Of a stretch of 24,364 nt of DNA, positions 17,926 through 24,364 are shown piece after piece; the stretch's first letter is position 1; the number at the start of each line of letters is the position of its first letter. The notes under the pieces are model-generated. The model worked only from the letters and a program-made list of their open reading frames with translations, ran no database searches and was not told the DNA's origin. Source of the DNA: a virus (lineage: Duplodnaviria > Caudoviricetes); IMG/VR virus record IMGVR_UViG_3300032270_001559, positions 1 to 24,364 of that record; one strand, given 5' to 3'. A program made the translations under genes and the position numbers.

Positions 17926-18056
17926 GGGGCGATCCCTGACGACTCCCTAAGCATACCATAGATTCAGGCAGCCAGCGCCAGTCCTGTTCACAAACCAACA
18001 CATAAAGTTTTGTGACGGCAGCCACGGTCAGGCGCTGGTGGTGCTAGAATTAGGAC

Positions 18057-18165
18057 ACAAGCGAAGAAGAGAGCACGAAGCTCGATGACGACAAGTAAGC
18101 CACGCTAACCCTGCCATAAAATAATGAACTATAAAGATTAAAAAAAAGGAGAGTATAACTCTCCT
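18057..18165 (+). ncRNA. Candidate structured sRNA copy 8
   Basis: TAGAAT 18045; core 18095. Confidence 0.55.
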
Positions 18166-18173
18166 CTTTATGA

Positions 18174-18545
18174 TTAACCGAGATAAAAATCATCTCGGTG
18201 GCCATACATTAGTGTATTCCAATCTTCTTTTGTGTCTACAGTTATCTCACGAAGTTGTTGATCTAAATCAACTTCATAACGTCCACCATTCTCTCCTGCA
18301 TCAACCTCAGGCTGATACGGTTCATTGTGGCCACGATATACATGAGCAACTGCAATCTTGTATGCTTTATCTACAGAATCACTCCAAACATGAAAGCGAT
18401 CTGTTTCGATCAGATTATCTTCGATTGAGAATACTTTCCATGCCTGAAAACAATAGCGAAATGCAACATCATCCTGATACTTGAACGTATCAGTTCCGAT
18501 CAATTCAATTCCACCTAAACCGCTGAACTGCTGTTTGTTGCTCAT
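18174..18545 (-). CDS. Early hypothetical protein
   Basis: 123-aa ORF; -10 TATATT 18576-18581; leader shared with the 21504 gene. Confidence 0.75.
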   Translation of the reverse strand: MSNKQQFSGLGGIELIGTDTFKYQDDVAFRYCFQAWKVFSIEDNLIETDRFHVWSDSVDKAYKIAVAHVYRGHNEPYQPEVDAGENGGRYEVDLDQQLREITVDTKEDWNTLMYGHRDDFYLG

Positions 18546-18674
18546 GAGAAGAGGAAGAAGATTCCCAACAGAATCAATATACAGCCAGGAATCACCCTGG
18601 CCAGTGGTTCTTGTGTCAGTGGTTCAACTGTCCATTGCTGTGGCACAGAGCCCATGATCTGCTAGGATGATGGG

Positions 18675-18797
18675 ACAACGGAAGACGAGAGCACGAAGCT
18701 CGATGACGAACAGTAAGCCACGCTAACCCTGCCATGAAATAGTAGTATAAAAAAAAAATAAAAAAAGAGAGAGATTGTTATACACAACCTCTCTCTT
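18675..18797 (+). ncRNA. Candidate structured sRNA copy 9
   Basis: TAGGAT 18663; core 18713 with CATGAAAT variant. Confidence 0.55.
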
Positions 18798-18803
18798 AAT
18801 TCT

Positions 18804-19127
18804 TTATTCCCACTGAGAGGTAAACTCTTCTTCAACTTTCTCGATAATGTTGAAGATAGTTGTATTGGGTTTGCCACCCCAATCTGCTAGAATTTCAGAC
18901 TCATCATTCCCAAGCACAATGAACAATCTTGCGAGTGTACCATTGTGTTCAACACGAACGATAGCCTCATCCACAGAAGTGATAACATCAGTGGCGTTCT
19001 TTCTAATCTCTAGTTTACTGTTGCCACTGATCTTTTCCCAGTTCATACCATCAAAAACCTGAGTGATGTTCACTTCTTCCTTCTGAAGCTTATGAAGCAG
19101 AGACATCACCGATTTCGTGTAATCCAT
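18804..19127 (-). CDS. Early hypothetical protein
   Basis: VFDG...SVDE...IVLGNDESEILADW; upstream TTGACT-17-AACAAT. Confidence 0.78.
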   Translation of the reverse strand: MDYTKSVMSLLHKLQKEEVNITQVFDGMNWEKISGNSKLEIRKNATDVITSVDEAIVRVEHNGTLARLFIVLGNDESEILADWGGKPNTTIFNIIEKVEEEFTSQWE

Positions 19128-19250
19128 GAGAACCTGGTTGACTACTCTTTAATTGTTGCACCAATTAAACGGAAAGTCAATGGCCTTGTGCCAGTTATCA
19201 GACTGTCCACTGGTGTGGCACAGAGCCTCATGACCGACTAGACTTAGGAC

Positions 19251-19364
19251 ACAAGAGAAGAAGAGGCTACGAAGGCCAGTGACGATAAGTAAGCCACGCT
19301 GACCCTGCCATAAAATAATAATATAAAAAACTAAAAAAAAGAATGAACTTTTGGTTCATTCTTT
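19251..19364 (+). ncRNA. Candidate structured sRNA copy 10
   Basis: TAGACT 19239; GGCU ACGAA GGCC; core 19289. Confidence 0.55.
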
Positions 19365-19378
19365 ATGTGTGTTACTTA

Positions 19379-19597
19379 TTAGTTAAACAATGAACGAAAC
19401 AACTCTTCGATTGTTTCTGTTTTTTGCGGAAAGGAAACAGAGGAAGCATAGGTAACACCACAAGCTCTTGCATGTTTCATGATGGTGACTGTACCAATAC
19501 CAACACAAGTGCCGTCTTGTGTATATTCATCAGTGGCTGTTTCATATTCTGTGCCTTTCACCCAGACACGGTGCGGATCAGGGATAATTGCAGCCAT
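19379..19597 (-). CDS. Early hypothetical protein
   Basis: 72-aa ORF; -10 TACAAT 19623-19628; palindrome 19669-19692. Confidence 0.65.
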   Translation of the reverse strand: MAAIIPDPHRVWVKGTEYETATDEYTQDGTCVGIGTVTIMKHARACGVTYASSVSFPQKTETIEELFRSLFN

Positions 19598-19815
19598 TTG
19601 GGTAGTTGTGGTGGTCTCCCCTATTGTAGCAGCCTTCCTGGGGCTTCTGGGGGCCTCTCAGCGTGTCCTGTACCAGTTCCTTGACTGTCCATGAGAATCA
19701 GAAAAAACACGAAAAACGAAAAATATAATCATAAGAAAGAAAGAATGATTCATTTCTTATGAGAGCCCATGATACGCATAAAAAAAGAGAGAACATTGTC
19801 TCTCTTTCTTATGAT

Positions 19816-19995
19816 TCAGTATGCAGGAAGTTTACTCTCTGGACCGTACTCTTTTACATACTCAGGAAAAGCAACAATCAGTTTGTTCCTATTAGAACGA
19901 TCTGCTTTTACCATTGCATGTGCAAGTGCTTGAACAAATGAACCACCATACTGTGACATACGGTTGGTCATTTCATGAAACTCAATGTCAGTCAT
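19816..19995 (-). CDS. Phage hypothetical protein (YGGSF...AD..N...AFP family)
   Basis: Start revised to 19995, overlapping the upstream stop. Confidence 0.75.
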   Translation of the reverse strand: MTDIEFHEMTNRMSQYGGSFVQALAHAMVKADRSNRNKLIVAFPEYVKEYGPESKLPAY

Positions 19996-20176
19996 TTGCA
20001 TCCTCCAGCAATTCAGGATTGTACTCTTCAACCTCAGTGATCAATTCTTCATCAGAATAAGATGAAAGATTGTCTTTCAGTGTGTCATAAACCATACGCT
20101 CCATTGTTTTCATATCCATCCCATCAATGATTTGTTGGATGTAATCTTCGATGAGAGTTTCACGATCAAAAGTCAT
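19988..20176 (-). CDS. Acidic hypothetical cyanophage protein
   Basis: IIDGMD...YSDEELITEVEEYNPELLE; translationally coupled. Confidence 0.75.
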   Translation of the reverse strand: MTFDRETLIEDYIQQIIDGMDMKTMERMVYDTLKDNLSSYSDEELITEVEEYNPELLEDAND

Positions 20177-20313
20177 TTGACATTCTCCAGTTTTTGAAAG
20201 ATTGAATAAACTTCAGGTTCGATTTCAGTCTCATCGACACCTTGTACTCCACCTTCAATATAATAAAGAATGGTGGAGATTTCTTCTTTTGTGAGTTCTA
20301 CTGTGAAAGTCAT
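20173..20313 (-). CDS. Small hypothetical protein (46 aa, not in ORF track)
   Basis: MTFTVELTKEEISTILYYIEGG...; start/stop overlaps on both sides. Confidence 0.7.
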   Translation of the reverse strand: MTFTVELTKEEISTILYYIEGGVQGVDETEIEPEVYSIFQKLENVK

Positions 20314-20492
20314 CAGAAACGAATGATAGGATGGTCTACATCAAGCACCTGACATTCATCAGTTGCAAACATAAACTCTACACCTTCTTGATGGAACTCA
20401 TCATTCTCATAACTGTCCCAGATACAAACATCAGAGTTCAGTTGTTCTTCATTCAGTTGTTGCAACTGTTGCAGAAGTTCTTTGTAGGTCAT
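20313..20492 (-). CDS. Hypothetical protein (59 aa)
   Basis: Start revised to MTYKELLQQL at 20492 (ATGA overlap with the upstream stop). Confidence 0.75.
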   Translation of the reverse strand: MTYKELLQQLQQLNEEQLNSDVCIWDSYENDEFHQEGVEFMFATDECQVLDVDHPIIRF

Positions 20493-20614
20493 TTCCTCAG
20501 GGGAGAATTGAAGTAACGAGTGAAGCATAGCACCAGAATGATGCCAGTGGAGATGATGCCGACCAGTCCGAGAACTGTCACACCGTCTCCTGCGAATCCA
20601 TAAGTCTCAGGCAT
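20489..20614 (-). CDS. Small single-pass membrane protein (41 aa, not in ORF track)
   Basis: MPETYGFAGDGVTVLGLVGIISTGIILVLCFTRYFNSPLRK; first gene of a coupled 5-gene operon. Confidence 0.7.
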   Translation of the reverse strand: MPETYGFAGDGVTVLGLVGIISTGIILVLCFTRYFNSPLRK

Positions 20615-20685
20615 AAGGTCTCTCAGGGAACAAAGGTAGTATGGCATGGATTGGGGGGAAGGTCAATTCCCCCCTGTGACAGTTG

Positions 20686-20940
20686 TCAAAGCATCTCAAT
20701 CAGGTGCATCAGTGTGGTGATCTGAACCGGAGTCTGCCAACGAATAACATCCTCCAGCATGTTACCATTGGAGCGAAACACAGCAACCTCAAAAGTGTCG
20801 TGCTGAACATCACCATAAAGACCAGATCCTGTTGGTCCTGCGACTACACTAATGGTCCAATCATTCTCAAATGTATGCCTTGCTTGTGTGGCACCTTTGA
20901 TGGCACCATGGTCGTGGAAGGTCAGATCGGAGAAAGTCAT
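20686..20940 (-). CDS. Phage hypothetical protein
   Basis: F.N...ISVV.G...GLYG......FEVAV pattern; -10 TATACT 20964-20969. Confidence 0.78.
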   Translation of the reverse strand: MTFSDLTFHDHGAIKGATQARHTFENDWTISVVAGPTGSGLYGDVQHDTFEVAVFRSNGNMLEDVIRWQTPVQITTLMHLIEML

Positions 20941-21064
20941 CGAAGTGATGTGGAACTGAGATCAGTATAGGGACAGGATGTGGCAGGGTGACGCTTCCTT
21001 GTGCCAGTGCCAGAACTGTCCACCGCAGAGTCTTATGGCCATCATGACCGACTAGACTAAGGAC

Positions 21065-21178
21065 ACAAGAGAAGAGGAGAGCAAGAAGCTCTATGATGAT
21101 AAGTAAGCCACGCTAACCCTGCCATAAAATAATAATATAATGAACACAAAAAAGATTGAGAATAATAATTCCCAATCT
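21065..21178 (+). ncRNA. Candidate structured sRNA copy 11
   Basis: TAGACT 21053; GAGC AAGAA GCUC; core 21103. Confidence 0.55.
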
Positions 21179-21192
21179 AGTTGTTTATATTT

Positions 21193-21504
21193 TTATGGTC
21201 TCCACGCATCAGGGAAAATATCTTTAATGTAGTTTAGAACGTATTGTTGATCTTCATGAGAAAGATCATCATAAGCTTCCCAGAATGAATCTTCAATGAA
21301 CCATAGATCGTGAATGGTATTTGTATAAAAATTATCTATATTTTCATCCCATTGTTCTTTCTCCAGAATTGCATTTTCAATATCCATTGCTGCTTTTACA
21401 TATTCTGTTCTATCATATGAATAATGTTTGATTCGATTCATACATTGAACAATGAATGATTCTCCAAGAGAATCAAGAATCGGATTGCGGATGAAGTTGC
21501 TCAT
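21193..21504 (-). CDS. Early hypothetical protein (103 aa)
   Basis: Start revised to ATG 21504, downstream of -10 TATATT 21533-21538. Confidence 0.72.
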   Translation of the reverse strand: MSNFIRNPILDSLGESFIVQCMNRIKHYSYDRTEYVKAAMDIENAILEKEQWDENIDNFYTNTIHDLWFIEDSFWEAYDDLSHEDQQYVLNYIKDIFPDAWRP

Positions 21505-21634
21505 GAGAGGAAAGAAGAATCCCAACAGAATCAATATACTGGAAAAAGAAACGCACAACCATCACAGTGGACAGTTTTACGATTGGCACAGCAGCCGGAA
21601 AGGAGAGTATAACTCTCCCTTCCTTATGTTTTAC

Positions 21635-22381
21635 TTATTTGCTACCATAACCAACGAACTGACCTTTAGCTTTACGATCACGAATTGCAGCCCCCCATTC
21701 ACTACCAGCCGGTTGAATACCATGAACTAAGAGAGCAAACGGATTATCACCGAAACAATGAGAATCGTCGTGATCCACTTCGAGACCCAGAGCACTTGCT
21801 TCCTCATCATTTTTGACAACTTTTGCATAACGAGGGAAGAAACCTTCTTCGATAAGGTGATCATATTTGCCACCATAAGAAGCTGTGAGATAGAAGTTTG
21901 GTGGGAAAGTCTTCGCATCAGCATCAGGAAAAAACAGATTCAGAGACTTGCTATAGCAATAGAACTGCAAATCAGGATTGCGTTCTGCTACTTTATACCA
22001 TGCACTGATATAAGAATAGTTGAAGAAGTCACCACTAGGATGAATACGAACCTTGTCAGTCTTACGCATTGCATTCTCATCAATGCTACGATGAATCAGA
22101 TCCGCACAATGATCTACACTCACACGAAGAGCTTCTACAATCAGCTCAGTATTGTGTTTGTGTGCTTTATACGTATTGGGATAAGATACTTCGTTGCTTG
22201 CAGCGAAACAACGGAATTGCATCTCAGATCCATCAAGAATCCGATTGCGATTGTTCTCGTCTTGAATCACCCAAGACTTACAAATGTTTGCTCCTGGGCA
22301 TGTCTTACCTGCCAAAAGACTAAAGGTCAGAGTAGACTTGGGCAGTTTGCCGTTGCCACTGGAGAGTTTGAGGAGATCCAT
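21635..22381 (-). CDS. GP88-like (gene product 88 family) protein
   Basis: FSLLAGKTCPGA..C...CFA...RIHPSGDF...W...PDLQFYCYSKS; start revised to 22381 because a -10 lies at 22407-22412. Confidence 0.75.
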   Translation of the reverse strand: MDLLKLSSGNGKLPKSTLTFSLLAGKTCPGANICKSWVIQDENNRNRILDGSEMQFRCFAASNEVSYPNTYKAHKHNTELIVEALRVSVDHCADLIHRSIDENAMRKTDKVRIHPSGDFFNYSYISAWYKVAERNPDLQFYCYSKSLNLFFPDADAKTFPPNFYLTASYGGKYDHLIEEGFFPRYAKVVKNDEEASALGLEVDHDDSHCFGDNPFALLVHGIQPAGSEWGAAIRDRKAKGQFVGYGSK

Positions 22382-22507
22382 CAGTCGGTTCCTTTGGGAC
22401 TCCATCAATATAGGCTCTGCTGCCAGCCTAGCCAATGGTCCTTGTGCCAGTGCCATAAGTGTCCACTACCATGGTTTTGGGGCTTATGATCCACTAGACT
22501 GATAACA

Positions 22508-22573
22508 ACAAGAGAAGAAGAGAGCAAGAAGCTCTATGATGATAAGTAAGCCACGCTTATCCTGCCATAAAAT
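22508..22573 (+). ncRNA. Candidate structured sRNA copy 12 (3' end uncertain)
   Basis: TAGACT 22495; core 22546; runs into the 32-bp repeats. Confidence 0.5.
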
Positions 22574-22577
22574 AATT

Positions 22578-22701
22578 GACTCATAAAGAATCGAAATATA
22601 AGGAAGTCTGATCGGTGGGGGACGACTCATAAAGAATCGAAATATAAGGAAGTCTAATTAGTGTGCTGCGACTCATAAAGAATCGAAATATAAGGAAGTC
22701 T
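22578..22701. repeat. Three 32-bp direct repeats, 46-bp period
   Basis: GACTCATAAAGAATCGAAATATAAGGAAGTCT at 22578, 22624, 22670; two different 14-nt spacers. Confidence 0.95.
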
Positions 22702-22768
22702 GATCTTTATGAGAGCACTGATAAGTTATTATGATGGGGGGGGGTGGACAGTTTTTTATGTGGCCCCC

Positions 22769-22797
22769 TTGACAAAAAAGTGAGCCGATGCTATAAT
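22769..22797 (+). promoter_or_regulatory. Perfect sigma70 promoter
   Basis: TTGACA-17 nt-TATAAT with extended TG; palindrome variant 22744-22767 adjacent. Confidence 0.85.
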
Positions 22798-22818
22798 AGG
22801 GCGGCCAAGACTGCTGCC

Positions 22819-23004
22819 ATAAGGAAGGATTATATTACATAAGGAAGCATAAAGAAGGAATAAAGAAACATAAAGAAGGAATAAAGAAACATAAAGAAGG
22901 ATTATATTACATAAGGAAGCATAAAGAAGGAATAAAGAAACATAAAGAAGGAATAAAGAAACATAAAGAAGGATTATATTACATAAGGAAGCATAAAGAA
23001 GGAT
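22819..23004 (+). repeat. Purine-rich 72-bp tandem repeat (about 2.5 units, 21-bp sub-repeats)
   Basis: ATTATATTAC at 22829, 22901, 22973; repeated ATAAAGAA/ATAAGGAA words. Confidence 0.93.
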
Positions 23005-23144
23005 AATTCTTATAAAAAACGATAAAATTATAATAATTACCCACAATACACACAACAATACCGATATATACGAAAATACCTAAAAAAACCACTATATTTT
23101 TCTACCTATATTAAATATACTATATAGAAAAAAAATACTAAAAA

Positions 23145-23678
23145 ATGAACCCAATTCTATCGGTCAGACATAAGGTCCTGTCAGATATACCTGGTATGGA
23201 GAAGTATAGTTACTACGTTGTAGATATTGACGGAAATGTATGGTCTACTAAGTTCAACAAATTAAAAAAGTTAAAACCTGGATGGGCCAAGCATAAGGAT
23301 GGATACAGATTCGTTCGTCTTACAAGTGATGATAAAAAACTAAAAAACTTCTTCATTCATCGTCTTGTTGCTCTTGCCTTTATTGCTACTGATACTACTG
23401 AACTAGACGTTGTTCATAAGAATAAAATTTTATACGATAATCGTGTGGAGAATCTATTCTGGACTCAACGTACTCGACAAGGTAAGCTCCAGTCTAGAAA
23501 GAAAAAGGTAGAGACTGAGAAATACGTCATTGATCAATTCAAGAACATTCATACTGCATCTATACGGAAAGGTATGACTGTACCTACAGACGAAGAGTTT
23601 ATGCAATCTATTATCAATGGTGCTATTGAGAATTATATCAATCAGTATGGTCTAAGAAAGATACTTCATACTTTATAA
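23145..23678 (+). CDS. NUMOD4/HNH-like endonuclease, possibly degenerate
   Basis: Y.VD..GNVWS...GY..V.L...HRLVALAFI...VVHKNKILYDNRVENLFW. Confidence 0.75.
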   Translation: MNPILSVRHKVLSDIPGMEKYSYYVVDIDGNVWSTKFNKLKKLKPGWAKHKDGYRFVRLTSDDKKLKNFFIHRLVALAFIATDTTELDVVHKNKILYDNRVENLFWTQRTRQGKLQSRKKKVETEKYVIDQFKNIHTASIRKGMTVPTDEEFMQSIINGAIENYINQYGLRKILHTL

Positions 23679-23923
23679 TTTTTTTTATGCTGTGCTTCCG
23701 TCATAAGATATAATCTTCTTACAAGTTCTGTTGCATTGGGGTTAATTGCTGCTTCATAACGAACATGGTGATCATCATCAGTCGCCATAAGTTCTAGTGT
23801 TTCTAGTGATGTGTTTGAATGTTGTGCAACCAACCAACGAACATGCCAATGATCATCAGTCGCTAGATGCTGTAGTGTTTCTGGTAGTGTGTTTGGGTGA
23901 TTTGCCAGTTGAAGATTATTCAT
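23666..23923 (-). CDS. LRV/HEAT-like repeat protein
   Basis: LATDDxxxVRxxVAxHxNT 24-aa repeats. Confidence 0.8.
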   Translation of the reverse strand: MNNLQLANHPNTLPETLQHLATDDHWHVRWLVAQHSNTSLETLELMATDDDHHVRYEAAINPNATELVRRLYLMTEAQHKKNYKV

Positions 23924-24318
23924 TTCTTTTGTGCCTCCGTCATAAGATACAATCTACGAATAAGTTCGGTTGCATTTGGATGATGTGCTGCTTCATAACG
24001 AACATCAGAATCTTTATCAGTCGCCAGAACTTTTAGTGTTTCTGGTGATGTGTTTGGGTTTTGTGTGGCAAAATAACGAATCTCTTCATCTTTATCAGTC
24101 GCCAGAACTTTTAGTGTTTCTGGTGATGTGTTTGGGTTTAGTGCAACCAAAGAAACAATCATATAATAATCATCAGTCGCTAGAAGTTGTAGTGCTTCTG
24201 GTGATGTGTTTGGGTGTCGTGCAACATAATAACGAACACCACCATCGTCATCAGTCGCTAGAATCTTCAGTTGTTCTGGTGTTGCATTTGGGTCTCTTGC
24301 CAGTTCAAGATTCGTCAT
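23920..24318 (-). CDS. LRV/HEAT-like repeat protein (paralog, more repeats)
   Basis: Four LATDxDxx(V/I)R-type repeats with PNTSPE; -10 TATACT upstream. Confidence 0.82.
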   Translation of the reverse strand: MTNLELARDPNATPEQLKILATDDDGGVRYYVARHPNTSPEALQLLATDDYYMIVSLVALNPNTSPETLKVLATDKDEEIRYFATQNPNTSPETLKVLATDKDSDVRYEAAHHPNATELIRRLYLMTEAQKK

Positions 24319-24364
24319 GAGTTTTTGATTGACTACAATCAGTATAGAGCATTAGAAGTCACCA

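Larger units (their letters stand above)
13000..22573. repeat. Array of 12 dispersed conserved elements separating variable minus-strand early genes
   Basis: Core GTAAGCCACGCTNACCCTGCCATAAAAT (with minor variants) at 13403, 13964, 14519, 15294, 16072, 16642, 17266, 18095, 18713, 19289, 21103, 22546, all in the same orientation. Confidence 0.97.

Noticed and set aside
12854-22502. Plus-strand ORFs of 60 aa or more in the array region (e.g. 15412, 16134, 21758)
   Set aside because: Antisense shadows of better supported minus-strand genes that have promoters, leaders and terminators.
13353-22573. CRISPR array
   Set aside because: Elements are about 80 bp, carry promoters and are separated by whole genes of variable size; no cas genes in the window.
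22578-22701. Mini-CRISPR array
   Set aside because: Spacers are only 14 nt and the repeat matches no CRISPR repeat type I recognise; treated as iteron-like.
22756-23058. 100-aa hydrophobic ORF on the - strand
   Set aside because: Translation artefact of the pyrimidine-rich strand of the tandem repeat; it overlaps a perfect opposite-strand promoter.
22829-24140. Common 72-bp period of the purine repeat and the LRV gene repeats
   Set aside because: No sequence similarity; coincidence.

Overview
Fragment of a large T4-like cyanophage (cyanomyovirus) genome, in five parts. (1) 1-6233: AT-rich minus-strand baseplate genes (gp7-like, gp6, gp25). (2) 6346-9914: plus-strand late genes whose products begin with a T4 internal-head-protein capsid-targeting-like sequence (MKT(Y/F)SxFI). 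They include a P-loop kinase and three paralogs of one domain, one split at an in-phase A_AAA_AAC slippery site. (3) 9911-12763: conserved cyanophage genes (GT-A glycosyltransferase-like), two HNH endonucleases and small ORFs. (4) About 13000-22575, the most unusual part: 12 repeated units. In each, a variable minus-strand small gene is divergently paired with a conserved, promoter-driven plus-strand RNA of about 105-120 nt. This RNA has a covarying hairpin inside a kink-turn-like GA/NNU-GA signature, a second CAC-loop hairpin, a near-invariant CCUGCCAUAAAAU tail and possibly a 7-codon micro-ORF. The divergent promoters carry interchangeable modules: NtcA boxes (GTA-N8-TAC-N22-TAN3T), a phased TGTTA(A/C)G direct repeat, or a 24-bp palindrome. 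(5) 22578-24364: three 32-bp iteron-like repeats, a perfect sigma70 promoter firing into a purine-rich 72-bp tandem repeat (origin candidate), a degenerate HNH gene and two LRV/HEAT-repeat paralogs. All calls come from reading the sequence by eye; no searches were run.
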